Below are positions 45,756 to 60,980 of a DNA stretch of 64,000 nucleotides, one piece after another. The translations under genes and the position numbers were made by a program. Position 1 is the stretch's first letter, and every line of letters starts with the position of its first letter. Source of the stretch: the human T2T-CHM13v2.0 reference genome, Homo sapiens; the NCBI RefSeq assembly GCF_009914755.1, contig NC_060926.1. One strand, given 5' to 3'. The notes below the pieces were generated by a model. It saw only the letters and a program-made list of their open reading frames with translations. It was not told where the DNA came from and did no database searches.

Positions 45756-47914
45756 TTTCTTTGTTTTGAGCCTGTTTTCTTTCCAACATACATGTCTTCA
45801 CCAGAATCTTGGAAATTTTAGTAGAAAAATACATTTGAAATAGTTTAGTTCTCACCTTTATTTTATAAGGGTGGTCACCTTGCTAGACATAAAACCTGGG
45901 TCTCCTGTCACCATATGTGGTATACTCCTACTGAATCTCGGAAGATCTCTGGGTTTAGGGTTGCATGCCTTAGTGTTGCATGAAATCCTTGTTGTATTTA
46001 CTGAAAGTTCTTCCTTATGTTGGAGTAAGCAACTGGTTGGTTTCACTGACATTCCTGGACTGAAATGCTCCTACTTAGCTCAGCAAAACCCAGCAAAGCA
46101 TATCAGAAACTGAGAAAACTGTACTTTCGGGTTCAAATTGTAATTGATTCTGAAGAACTGTAAAATGCTAGTGTGAAAGATCCAGTTCCTCATTTCCCTG
46201 AAGACTTCTCATACCCAAATGACAGACAGTTGGTGTTATAAGATGAGAGGACTGAGACTAGCCATTTAAAGAATAGCTATCATGTCTCTTCTCTGGGATA
46301 AGAGAAATGGATGTGACTTCAACATCAAACATTTTCCAGCTAGCAGCAAGAGGGCCCAAGAAAGAAACCTACTGAGCAATGCAGCTCTGACTTGTCAGTT
46401 TTATGAAAAGGGTGCATGACTTGTGTGACTTGAAACTCAAGTATGTCCCTGAACTGCAAGGCTTCTTAATCATGTAATAGCAAGATTTTACTTCCAAGGC
46501 AGGAAGCAACCACATTTGGGTATGATCAATCAAGCATTATTTTGGCATTTCTCAGCTTGCCATTTTAGTAAATTTGCACAAATTTCTTTGGGGCTGAGAA
46601 GGTAGCTGGTAATAAAAACACTTAAATTGAAAGTTCTTTAGAGGTTGCAGCCTCTGCCTACTAGGTCTTAGATTTTTCTCTCCACAGGACTTAGTACAAT
46701 ACTCAGAAAGCCAGGGCAGCACTAAACTAAATGTTCTCTTGAAGACCTTCATGCCCAAATCTATTTATTGATGCAAAGAGAACACATTTAAAAGGTCTTC
46801 GCTTTTACTTCCATTTCAGGCCATTCTAATACTAAATTGGAATTGAGACTCTTGCATGAAAATACGTGCTTAATCAATTCTCTACTTTCATTTTGAAAGC
46901 TTGTTGGGATCCCAATAACTTGGTGTTCTTCTCTAGAACTAGTGATATTTCTCTGACACACTTGGGCTGAAGTGATGTGTTAGCACCTCTGGTTCTTGAA
47001 GCAGAGTGAAAACATTAGGCCTGGGGGTGAGATGGCACAGAGAGGTGCAGGGTGGGGTGCCAATCCTAGTTTAGTCCATGGAAAGTGAGTTGGGAGAGCG
47101 GCATGATGTCCTTCTCCTCTGAGGCCTTGCTAGCATATCCAGTGAAAAATGGCTGCCTTCAGGTATCTGCCTTCTCACCTTTGACATACAATGGTGAAGT
47201 GACTTTGTTCTAGAATTCCACACTGTGGCTAGGAGATGTGAATAGACAGCCCCAAAGGAAGTAAATGTTGCCAACTTCAGCATTACAAGCAGGTTTCAAT
47301 GTTTCTGGAGAAAGTCTAGTAATAAGTTTGGAAGAGTTCCAATAGGTTTTCATTCAACTTTGTACTTAACTTACCTCAAGAAGCCTTTGTCTCCTCTTTG
47401 GAAAAAAAAAATGAGAAATTATTCATACCTTGTTACTGAGTCTACCTGATAGACAGTGGGTGTTTAACAGCTATTAGTTTTCTTAACACTCCTTAAATGA
47501 TTGAAATAATTCTGGAAGTCTGGACGGCTCAGCTTACCATGTTTTCAGAGTTATCTCAAAAAAATTATTTTTAGATTGCTCCTTTTATTGTCTTTGCCTT
47601 TTTTCATTTTAGCACCATTTTATTATACACTTTTATATGTTTTTAAAATATTCTTGCATTTAGTATAATTTGTTTTTGTAATGTACACTGTTCCACTGGC
47701 CAGTGGCTGTAGTCTGAATGCATTAATATTCACAGTCTAGAAAATATGAAAATTCTGGCTGCTTTACCTGGAGGTGGGTCCATTTGTGTTACATCAAATG
47801 TTGCAGAGATGTAGGGTCTAGGCAGCTTTAGAGTTAGTGTGTTAGACAATGTAGTAGAAGAAAATAGGAATTGTGAATAGTGTGGAATTGCCCATAGTCT
47901 AGAGTTTTCCTGGG

Positions 47915-49352
<1,438 letters not shown>

Positions 49353-50199
49353 AGTACCTATGTTATATTGTTAACATAACAAACGAGGACCCATTTGTTA
49401 ATGTCCCAAATTACTCCCTTTGGCTAACAAAATAGAACGGTATTGGAGGCTCCAAGCAAAGTATGCTTGGAGTTAAGCAAAGTGTGCTTGGAGTTGGGCC
49501 AGAAAATGAACAAGAATTCACCTAAAAAACATGATGAATTTTCCTGATATTTCAAATGTATGTGAGGATTTGGGAGAAAAGTTAACGTATTCATAATAAT
49601 GCTTTGTAATTTTTTTAATGAATGTATTATGAATCAGAATATAAGATTCACATGACTTAAATAAATACAGATGTCTTCTAAGAAATATAAATATCAAGTT
49701 GTGGTAAGTTTCTATGGGCTTCTTGCCAGAAAGTCTGTTGTAGCCACTCACCCTCCTCCTGTTCTGGACACTTTGCAGATAAAGAGGAGGGGATTTGACT
49801 GACAGGATCAGGAAAAATAATAGCAACTGATTCTTTTGAAATATATATCAAAACCTTTATTAATAAAAACACTGTTAATTTGTCTACATTCCTCATTTAT
49901 TAGAAGAGCAAATATCAAATACTTAAATCCAGTGACAGATTTTTTTTTTTAATTTAACTTTCAAAAGAGTTCGCCTAGGAGATAATCCAGTATCATCTGT
50001 CTTCCACACCTGTATAGCATTTTCCAAAGATAACTGAGGCCTCTAATATCTATAACTGAGGCTTCTCCAGATGACTCTCAAGATGTGCAAAGTCCTCATT
50101 TAAACCAGAGGCCTTCCCCTCTCTCAGACTTGGAATCCTTCACCGACTTATTTTTAGTATTTTCCTATGTAACTTTAAATTATCCCCCTCTGTTTTAAG

Positions 50200-50740
50200 G
50201 AGATCATTTTTAAGTGCAAATCTGATGTCTTTCCACTTTCTTTCACAGTGTTTATCACCCCCACAGTACAAGTCAGATGACCCAATATTGCATATGTGCT
50301 ATGGCTCTGTCTTTTCATTCCTAGACTCACTTTCCATTGGTGTTCTAAATTGTCTATTTGTTCTAATGGTGCTAAACCAATAGCAGCGTCTCAAATACGC
50401 CATGCACCTCCACCCCTCTTTACCAAAGCATGTGTTCTTTTCTTTGGGGGGATAACTTTCTCACTGATAAACTCAACTAAAATGGCCTTGCTGAAGCTTG
50501 TTTTCATGCCATGTTCCCACTTGCAGTTAGTAGTAATACTCTTGCTACTTTGTCCCTATAGTACCATGAAAACAACTATTGCATAGAAATAAACACTCTA
50601 TATTCTAAACATTTATGACTAACAACTATTCTGCTGAATGTTTCTGGAAGCCATTAAAACATAGAATTCACCTTTCTATCTTTCAGAGTGAGCCCAGAGG
50701 TTAGCACTCAACAGATGCTCAAAAATACTGATTTGAGAAA
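50200..50740 (+). mobile_element. L2 relic
   Basis: AAGTGCAAATCTGAT..CAAATACGCCATGCAC..CAGATGCTCAAAAATA. Confidence 0.45.
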
Positions 50741-52789
50741 AATTAAAATATGTTATTTATTTTAAATCTACACATATAAGGAAATAGAATTTCCTATAAA
50801 AATATTAGGTGGACATGGTCTGTTGTAGGCAGATTGACTTGAGTTTTAATTTTATATTTTCTGAACACTAACACTGTGATTTTGAGCAACTTACTTTATC
50901 TTTCTGTGGCGGTTTTTTCCTCTATAAAAATAAAAATAATACAGACACGGTGAAGATAAATATTTTTTAAATCCACCACAATATTTGAGACAATAGTCAG
51001 TAAATTTACTTTCTTTTTTCCACTTTCCAAAGGGTTGAATGAAGAAAGTGCTTTTGTTTCTTTGATTGTTTAATACCAAGTCAACCAGAAAATCTAATTA
51101 AATTAAATGGACAACCAAACCCCCAATTCTCCAAGCTTTGCAGTTGATTATTACTGCCGTGTATGTTCTGATAAACAACAAAGGCCAAGGGTTTTTGTTT
51201 GTGCTGACAAGGAATTGGAACTGGTAAGTTTCAAAATAAAAAGTTTTCTAAGATACATGAGAGCATCCTTATCCACTGCCCAGCAAACTCATCATATTTT
51301 CTATAATCTGGCACAGATCCCAGAGCTCACAAGATACATATAATGGTTAAGCCTGCTGGAAATCTGTAATATTTCTACTGTATCCTGGTAAAAATGACCT
51401 TGCACAGCTGGCTCGGTAACTGTGATACACTGGGAAATTTCTTCATCCAACATGTTTACAAGCCCACTTCCACCCATGGGGACAGGGGGAGCCAATCTGA
51501 ATGGACTGATATTAATCTTGACCATGTGGGAACATGAAGTATCTCAGAAGTTAGAAATTCTCCACACACAGGCAATTTGATTATTTTGGTTTTAGGTTAG
51601 CACAGGCTATGGTTTTGGTCTGTTTTATTTTTAAAGGTTAAAAATGTACTGTTTCTTTTTCCAAAAAAGTATATGAATTTCCAAGGATTTTCTAACCATG
51701 TTAGTTTTGTTAATTGGTTTGGATACTTGTGTGAGAATTTCAGACAAGACCCACTTGAAATGGCAGTTCTGGTCTCTGAATCTTGTCGGAAAGCTAAACA
51801 CTAAGGTCAGTATGCATCTAGTGAAAAGTAATTTGGTGAGGCTGGAGGTAATGGGCTTTTATCTCAAAGAAAGGACAGAAAATATTTTGTAAATGATTAT
51901 GAACAATCTAGATTAACTATAAACTGTCAAAGAACTTGCTAAGCTAAGGTTTAACTAAAGGAAGTGAAGGCAATGGGAACAGGACGATGATCAAGAATAA
52001 TATATTGACTTGCCATTGGAGCCCTGATATTTTGACCCTGACATGAAGACCTCATGACAATTCTGCTCACACTTTTCTTCACATTAGTTAAATAAGTGAA
52101 TGCCTTAGAAAATTGAGCTATTGCAAGACCCTGGGGATTGGCAGAGACAGGACCCAAATGCCAGAGCACGAAGGGCTGATTCTCATAGTGCAGAAGCTGA
52201 GACTTCATTCCAAATACCTTTTTTATGGAGAGTTATACAAGGGAATGTTCCCCTTACGTTGCATGCTCAACTGTAAGTGGGAAAAAGCACTACCAATTTG
52301 ATTTATTCCTTAATGTAAAACCAAAGTGACTTCTTGACCATATAGCCTTGTCAGACGTAATATGTTTGTCTGATTATTTACCTGATTGATTGATGGTGAT
52401 GTTTTGCTGCAAGAAACTGAGGAGTATTTCCTATTGAGAAAGTTTCATGTTTGTCTTTCCAATAATTCTTTTGAATATAAATATTATAATTGAATACTGA
52501 GAAAAGGGTCAAACCAGTGTGAAGTCTCTTTGCTGTTGTTAACACCAAATTCCCTAGGAAAGATTTCACTCCCAAATGAGTGGTTAGGACAGTGTACCTG
52601 GTAGCATCTATGCTGTTGGTTCCATTTCATCAGACAGTACCATTTACTTATATTGTTAATTTACATTTGTGTTTGCTCTGCATTCCTAAAATCACTGTAA
52701 TTAATACTGAGCTAGGACAAAGGAGGCTGCTTCTATGTTGACTCCTCTTTACACCTCCTCCACTGGCAGGGAAGTTTCCCTATATTTAT

Positions 52790-54415
52790 TTATTTATTTA
52801 TATTCCAAAATTATAGTAGGTGCACAGGATAAAACAAAAACAAATAGTAAGAGTATTAAGATTTAATTTTTTTAAAAAATTAAAAATCTCCTTCTACCAA
52901 CCCGCAGCCTTACAAAGGATAACAATTTCAGATTTTGTTTTCTGTGGTTAGATTCACAACACTAAATTATGTATTCATAACTCAATTTATTAATTTGTCA
53001 ACTTCAGACTTTATTTACTTCCAAATATGAAAGAAGAGGAATGTAGCCCTATTTCAGTCTCCCCTTTCATTCTCTCATGCTTTCTACTTTCAGTTCTTCT
53101 GATGGTTAACATGACAATTGTTAAACACACATAAATATATGTTTCTTAACCCACCAATTTTAGACAGACTCTATTGCCTTCACACTGTCTAAGATGAGAA
53201 AACAAATACACAAGCATTTTCTCCTACTTCTCTTTTTCCATATCTCCCTGTCAACTTTGGTTGGTTGTGACTTTGCTTTTTCATGGCCAAAATTTATTTC
53301 ATGTATTCTTCTCTGTAACTGTAATAAAGTTTTCTACTTTAAATTGGTTGAAAACCAGTGAGTAGTATTTACAACATGTTTGTATTGCAAGAACCAAATA
53401 GTGTGATTATACTCATAGGAAAATAAATATGGTTGGTGTTATTCAGCTTTTCACTTGAATAACAATGTTCCAAATTTAAAGTCAAATAGAGTTTCCTGCT
53501 GTATACTCCATGATTGGTGTAAAGTCATGCGAAATTTTACTTAGCTTCATATTTAGCCCATGCCTTTCTTGAACAATATTTTACTTTCTTTCATACAGAA
53601 GATAGGGAAGAATAATTTATTCAAGAATTTCACGGACTTGCCATTAGTGATTGTCCTGATTATAGCCCCTTCCTGCTTTCTGGCTTTGGGATCAGCTGAA
53701 CTTGCTGAGCCCTTCTAAGTGAAGATAACTGTCCTTCCCAGTGTGATTGACTTGTGTGCAACTTTGAAGTACAATCTTCTCTGTAGAGTCAATTCATTAA
53801 TATGAATCTATCTACATTCTTTATTCTAGGAGCTTACCAACATTTCTAATCTATGGATGAATCTTGTATTAGTATTAGTTTGGGTTCTCCAGATAAACAG
53901 AACCAAGAAGATGTATATATATAAAATATATGGAATTGACTCGTGATTATACAGTATGAGACATTTTAAGATCTGCAGTCAACAAGTTGGAAACCCAGGA
54001 GAGCTGATGGTGTAAGTTCCAGTCCCAGTCCAAGTCTGAGGCCTAAGGCAAAGGAAGACCCATGTCACAGCCCAAAGATGTTAAGGCAGAAGGAGCCAGT
54101 TCTCTCTTACTCAGCCTTTTGTTGTATTTAGACCTTTGACAGATTGAATGAGGTCCACTCACAAGAGGGAGGGCAATTTGCTGTGCCCTTGTACTAATTC
54201 ACATGTTAATCTCATCCAGAAACACCCTAAATGACACACCCAGAATAACATCTAGCCAAATATCTGGGCACCCTATGGCCCAGTCAACTTGACACATAAA
54301 ATTAACCATCACAGATTTTGTTCTCATTTTCAGTTCCCTTATATCTTTTGTGACATTTCCATGGAATTTTTGCAAGAGAGGGGAAATAAACACAGTCTAT
54401 CCCTTTGAAACAGAA
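52790..54415 (-). mobile_element. Very old L1-related element (HAL1/L1ME-like), interrupted by MLT2
   Basis: T-rich antisense 3' end near 52790; TGACATTTCCATGG..GAGAGGGGAAATAAACAC..TTGAAACAGAA resembles the antisense HAL1 5' end. Confidence 0.4.
53865..54313 (-). mobile_element. MLT2 (B/C-like) ERVL solo LTR
   Basis: TGTATTAG..GGGTTCTCCAGA..ACAGAACCAA through CCCAGTCAACTTGACACATAAAATTAACCATCACA. Confidence 0.9.
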
Positions 54416-54469
54416 TTATTGCCAGCTTCCTGGTGCTAGAGTGATAACTAACATGATTATTTGTTCTTC

Positions 54470-54957
54470 TAGGTAATGCCCGCTGGTGCGCAGCCATTTC
54501 TTCCTCTCTTTTTGTCCCCTATTCTGTATTGAGGGGGCTGAAGTCTGAAATTGCATTCCCAAAAACTCTCTTTGTAATTAGTTCCTATTAAATTTTTCCA
54601 GTAGGAAGCATTTCAGTGGGACTGCAAGGACTAAGAAAGAGAATGTCTTTCTGCTTCCGGCCAACAGTAGGAGTAATAGTCAACAATTACAGGTGACTAT
54701 GGGTGACTGTGATCTCCAGCAGTCAGCAGATCTGGGAATAGCAGGAGGAGGAGTGGGGATGGCAGGTGACCATAGGCTCCAGTGGCATTGATGGCAACCG
54801 TCAATAGTAAATGCATATTTCTGGACTTTGGATAGTGCTGTTTTTTCCCCTTTACTCCACTCAATGAAAATCTTTGCAGCCAATTCCATGTATAAAAATA
54901 ACCTCTATGTGAAATATTCAGAACATTTCTGTTTTCCTGACTAGACCATGACTGATA
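54470..54957 (+). mobile_element. ERVL LTR (LTR33/LTR41 group)
   Basis: 3' end TGAAATATTCAGAACATTTCTGTTTTCCTGACTAGACCATGACTGATA. Confidence 0.55.
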
Positions 54958-55216
54958 GGCTCACTAACGTTATATATCTTGCTTTTCTTTGAGACGATGT
55001 ACTACAGTATCAGTACAAAGGAAAATTTAAAGGTAAGAGATGATTACCAACTTTTATTTGATGCTTTCTACTCAAAATAACCCTGTGGTAAATATTATTA
55101 TACCCATTTGATGGATGATAGCACAGATTTGAATATATTTATTTGGCCAAAATCTCACAATACAAACTGCCTTCCAAATCAGATTCTACTCTTTTCATCT
55201 GAGGAAATTACATTGA

Positions 55217-55618
55217 TGTGTTTTATTCCATTTTGCACCACTATGAAGAAATATCTGGGGCTGGGTAATTTGTAAAGCAGAGTCTTATTTTGGCTCATGG
55301 TTCTGCAGACTGTACAAGAAGTATGGTGCCAGCATCTGATTCTGGCAAAGCCTCAGGAAGATTTTAGTTGTCATGGAAGGGAAGGGGATCTGGTGTATCA
55401 CATGGTGAGAGAGAAAGCAAGAGAGAGGGGGTAGTTTCCAGACTCTTTTTTTAACAACCATATCTTTTGTGAGCTTATTATCATGGGAAGAACATCAAGC
55501 CATTCATGAGCGATCCCCCTGCCATCACCTAAACACCTTCCAGTAGGCCTCACCTCTAACAATGGGCCATCAAATTTCAACCTCAGATTTGGAGAGGACA
55601 AACATCCAAACCACATTA
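55217..55618 (-). mobile_element. MST (MSTB-like) MaLR solo LTR
   Basis: CTGGGTAATTT..TTGGCTCATGGTTCTGCAGACTGTACAAGAAG..AAGCCATTCATGAG..GGACAAACATCCAAAC. Confidence 0.9.
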
Positions 55619-58135
55619 CAATGTTTGATACAAATCATAAGAAGAGGAGACGGCATGTGAATAACTTGAAATTTCCTTCATACTTAAATTTTCTTTGTCA
55701 AATGAGAAGCCTTCTAATCACCTTGTATTCTTAGACTTTGGAAAGGTGATTGGCCTTTGATTAAAATAGCCCAGAACATGAGCTTCAGCAGAGCTCTGAA
55801 AGACAGACAATTCAGGTGGTAGATATGGTGGTTGTTCTATTACTTTTTAGTCATTGATGTTTTTTAATAGCATGGTTTCTATTTTTGTTGTCTGAATAGT
55901 AGATTGAAAAAAATCAAACCTTTTCTTAGAAGATGTTGCTGTTTCCATTAAAGTACTAAGGGAAAGGAGAAGGGAAGAATCATCTTGTACCTGACACAGT
56001 AGCATCACTGTATGCAACTGAAATTAGCAAAGTTCCACTTGCTTGTAGGTTTCAGGCAGTAAAGTCAAGCCAGTGACCTTGCTTATGCCAAATTAGGATG
56101 ATCTTTCCTAACTGAATATTCTTTCACCAACAACAGAGGAAGGAGATCAGCTTAGGGAAGGTTTATTCCTTGGAACCGTTTTTAGAAAAGTAAATTCCAG
56201 GAAATTACCAAGCATATCTTCTAGTTTCCAGCATTTAACGTGACAGATTTTATCGATTGCCACCTTCCCTTTAAACTGTAATGCAAAACCAACAGTGTTT
56301 TTAAGAGCTCCTACAAACATTTAAAAGAATAACCCATTTTAGACATCGCTATACCTGTACTTGTATTTGTTTCCCTCTGCATACAGCCACATAACCCAGG
56401 TAGAAGAGAAATCATGCTCTGCTCAGGAATGTAAGGATTTTTTTATGCATGCCTACCGGTCCTTTCTCTGCTCATTGACAGCCTTCCCTTCACAGGACTA
56501 GGAGAGTCCGAGTTAAGTAAGGAAAGATTAAACACACAGGGACTGCTGTACCCTGAGAAGTATACCAGGTCCCTGGAGTCATTGCTCCTGGTGCTGACTA
56601 TGAAGCATCTGGATCTCCTACTTCCAAATGAGTACTTCTAGAGATCATACTCCACTGGCTTCCACTTTATTTAAGTTTTAATATGGTGCCATATGTATCA
56701 TTGTTTTAACTATAAGGAAAGGGAAAATGCTGTCTTCTGAGACAAATAATAGAGCCCTGATAATGGGTTTGCATTATATGTATGCAAGCAAAACTCACTC
56801 ACCACTTGAGAAGAGTTCCTTATTTACAAAAGCCTGCATTCAAATAGTCACAAGTACCTAATTCATCCTAGTGCACACCCAGACGGTTTTAATTTTGACA
56901 AAAATAAATTAGCAAGAAATTAAGTCTTAAATTAAATGACTTAAAATTCAGTGGCTTTTTACTTTTGAAGTTTCATTACCCTTTGCAGAATCATAAGATC
57001 ACAAGTGCTAGAAACGGGAGAAATTCTAACAGTAAGTTTCATTAAGTTGATAGTATTAGCAAAAACAATTTGAAAAAAAGGAGGAAACGCAAAGGCTCTA
57101 TTTACTAATGGGGCATTTTCCAGGTTGTTTTTCTATCCTTCTAAATTGAAGGAGAGGCACTGATGTTCAATATGTGCCTCGATCAACAGACTTATCTGGC
57201 TTTGGTTGAGTTTTCTCTGACATCAAGGTAGTAGTTTTTAAAATAGCAGCAGCCTTAATTTGCTAGGCAAAACTCTTATTTAAACATAATGTGCTTAGTT
57301 AATAGCCCACACTTTACAAGACTTTTTCCCAAGTATGATTAGTCAGACCTATGTAAAATTTGTTCCATAAATAGTGGAACACCTGCAAGATCCCATATTA
57401 CAAGCAGAATGGTAAAGCTGGACAGTTCCTGTGCATTTACTTATTATAATACCTTCATTTTGGGACTGTAATAACCAAGGCCAAGCAGGATTAGGTGGCA
57501 ATTCAATACCGCCCAACTTGTAGTAGCAGAGCTCCTTAAAGCTATATTTTGAAATTAGTACATTATTCCATGGTAGAGTTTATGTGGTTCTTCACTTGCC
57601 CAGAGGAAACTCTGTTGGAGAGGCGTGGGAACTCTAGAGCGACAAATACCAAATGCAGAGCATGCACTGAACACCAATCAGCATCATTCTGCTCCTGGCC
57701 ACTGCAGGTTGCCCAACTGAAAGCACATGTTTAGCGTATGAAGATGTAAGTTTGTAAACAAGGTGTCCTAATGTCCTTTGTATAAGAACTAGAGAGAAAC
57801 TCTGAGTACGGCAAACATTTTTCTAACTCAAAATGAAGATACATGTTGTGAAGGATGTGAATATATTTAAGGCTATAATAAGCCCATACATGAGAATCAG
57901 AACTTTCCTCTTCAATTGAGGACAGAGAAGTTGCTTTATTATAGAAATAGTCTTTTGTTACAATTGAATATTGCCTAAAGAATTCAGAAAAAAAAAATGC
58001 TGTTAAGAATGAAAATCAGAGGATGTGAATCCCCTTCACTGTTACATTCCTGGTAACCAGCAGTGCTTTACAGTGGGGAAACTCACTTCTTACCATTGAT
58101 CCTGGGGTGTAGAATTTAGAAAGAGGTGATTAAAA

Positions 58136-58542
58136 GGGTATGCCACACTAGAATGAAGTAATTGAGGTATTTACTTTGAGAGCAAAATTGAAGGGGCACC
58201 AAAATTTCAGAAATCAAGCTAAAGAATATTTTGATACAATATTTTCAAAAATAAAAGTAATGAAATAAATTCATGCTGAACAAAATATCCATGTTTTGGG
58301 TGAGGACAAGATCTGACTCTGTGCCTGCATGAATTCATCTCATTTATGTCACTTCAATTCTGGCCTTGCCATACCCTGGTTTTAGGTATAATGTGGATAT
58401 TTTGTTAATCATGGATTCTTTTGCATTATTTTTTAAATATTGCATTGGAATATTATTTATCTTGATTACTGAATTTTTTGATGTCCCTTTCAACTTTGCT
58501 CTGTGGTGAATGTCTTATACTACTCACCTTAGTCCTGGTCTT
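58136..58542. mobile_element. MER96B-like hAT-Tip100 MITE with long internal inverted arms
   Basis: Arm at about 58201-58291 (TCAGAAATCAAG..GAACAAAATATCCA) is the reverse complement of about 58394-58479 (TGGATATTTTGTT..CTTGATTACTGA); ends CTCACCTTAGTCCTGG. Confidence 0.75.
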
Positions 58543-60277
58543 AACTAGCGTGCTGCCTTACATATAAGTAAAAGAAGGAAGTTGTTAAAAGAATCATTGT
58601 GTGGTGAATAAATTAATGAATCACTATGAGAGTATCTTGTTTCTTTTTCTAATGACCTCTCTACAAATTTCTCATTGGAAGAGACAGAAGTACATGATAT
58701 GTTCCAGACTTCTTATGTTGACAGGGCCATCTTTCTCCATGTTTTGAAATAATATAATACATGTTAAAAACTTAATTGCTTAAATTATCCCATTATAACT
58801 AATTAATTGTCCTCAGGATGTTAAAGGCGCATATGGGAATTTCCATTCAAACCACAAGGACTCCTTAGCGTATTTCTACTTTATTCTCCAGAAAACAGTC
58901 CCTTTAGCTCCAGCATGTGAGAGCTGTCAGCTGGATGGTGGGTAGAAAGCGTAGTTCATCAAGCACACTCAGGAGTCTACAAAAGTGAGGCAAGATTAAA
59001 AATGGGAGCATACCATACACAAAATCAGGAATTTAGAAAGGAAATAAGGAAATAAGGCATACGGGAACTGGGACAGATATTCCACTGCACTTGTATGTGC
59101 ATGTGTATCTGTGCTTTTGTGTGTTTGAAGGAAGAAACTTTTTTGCTTCAGCTGTGTATTCACTTCAGTCACCATGTACCGAAAAAAAAAAAAGTGCAAA
59201 CTTTTCAATCTAAGTTTTGCAGCTAAAATATTTTTCTGCTCAAGTCTTTGAATGACTCAACTAAAATCCTGGTTCTCAGATCTGCTTCTATATGGGCTGA
59301 GGAACAGGGAAGTAGTAATAGACAAAGTAGAAACAAAAGCAAAACCCAAAACAAAACACCCTCTGTGCTTCCCTCGGGACACGGGAGTCCAGTCCACTGT
59401 AAATTAAGTACATGTAAGGTGAGAGTGGAACAGAGTGAGAACTGAAATCCAGAATATCAGCTTTTTCCTTTGTGCTGAGTTAAGCTCAAGAGGGGAAGAG
59501 GAGGAATTCCTTCTGAACTCAAAGGTGTATTCCTCCTCAATGACACACTTCAAGCTTTGTAAAATCATCCAGAATGTGATTTCTGTAAAGCAAGGCCAAA
59601 GCCTCTTGACAGTCACAGGGAATGGGGTTTCTTTTATCACTGACGATAGCAAGACCTACTTTCTTGCTCTGGACAGCTCCTATGAAAATATGGCATTCAG
59701 AACTGCTTCCCTGTTTTCCATCTCTTCCTCTTTACCTTTCCTTTGCAAGTTAATTTCTTTCTCCCTCTAGGTAAGAGACAAAGTTGGAAGGCGCTGGCTG
59801 GACACTAATTGAAGGAAGCAATCAAAGAGCTAGATAATGGGACAGAGAAGTAAAGAGCCTTTTGGGAACCCCCATGCAAAATCCTCTGCAGGAAATAGCA
59901 TTTTAGCAAGCCCAGGAACGAGTTTCGGTGTCTTCCTTTTTCTGTCACTTCATCTTGCTTATTTGGGCTTAGGCAAGAAAGAGCATATATAATGCCATTT
60001 CTGCTTCTGTTACATAAGTACAAAGAATGAGTTTAGACCTAAATTGGAAAGTGCTTAGGATTGAAAGAAGGTGGGAAAACCAATCAACCCATTTTTCTAT
60101 AGAACTAATCATCTCCATGTCAGAAATGAAAACCAGCTGATTTTCTGAGAACTCTAACATGCAAGCTAATTTTTCCAAAATTGTTTCGTGGAGCAAGTAT
60201 GACCAGAGGTTAATATGATAAGATGTGATTTTCAGTTTTCCTCCAGTTATGATTGTGTTGTACAGATCATAGAACAT

Positions 60278-60397
60278 ATAGTTAAAGTTGTCATACATTA
60301 GCTGCTGCAGAGCAATTCCTCCTTCTCCCTAAAGGACATAGGAGATAGTTAAAAGTTGTCATACGCTAGCTGCTGCAGAGCAATTCCTTCTTCTCCC
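60278..60397. repeat. Local tandem duplication (period about 67 bp, about 52 bp near-identical)
   Basis: ATAGTTAAA(A)GTTGTCATAC..TAGCTGCTGCAGAGCAATTCCT.CTTCTCCC occurs twice. Confidence 0.85.
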
Positions 60398-60869
60398 AGT
60401 GTGTCTGTGTAAAGGAGTAAGGTCGCTTGTTAAACCCAGAAGCATATCTAGGGATCTAATTTAAGTGCATCAGCCTCCTAGCATGTTGATTTGAAATTTT
60501 ACACTGGCAGAGCTGAAACCATGGGGACTTTATGAAATTGCATTTAATTTTAACTTGCATTTTGAAAATGATCTCTCTAGCTCTTTCTCTCCTCCCCTTA
60601 TTAATAGACACATACTTTTTCATACTTTACTATTCCATTTCTTTTAATCCTTTGAGTAAGTGATTTTGCTTTTTTGTCATATTGCTCTTATTCTCCTGAA
60701 GCTTCTTTTATGTTAGTAAGATGTTACGACTGTTTGGGGGATGACATGTTAGGGATGGGGTCCTTGGCTTACTTGCTCCTTATTACTCCTGGAATGTGGC
60801 AAGCTTTAGTTTTATTCAGTAGAGTTTACAAAGCTGTGCATAAGGACATTGCATGAGGCCTCACAGTGC

Positions 60870-60980
60870 AATCACTCAGCAAAATAAATCAATTAACAAA
60901 TATTTATTAGACATGGACTTTGTTGGTAAAACAAGGTATCTAGAGTTGGTGTTGGAATACATAGCTAATCCACAGAGAAA
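60870..60980 (-). mobile_element. L2 3' tail fragment
   Basis: ATCAATTAACAAATATTTATTAG..GGTGTTGGAATACA. Confidence 0.45.

Noticed and set aside
49454-49495. 21-bp tandem duplication (similar small ones near 14817 and 15128-15205)
   Set aside because: Ordinary slippage duplications with no further signal.
59435-59770. 111-aa plus-strand ORF (also 34934..35287, 41692..42045, 51301..51525)
   Set aside because: No recognisable domain or supporting exon structure, and several lack an ATG start.
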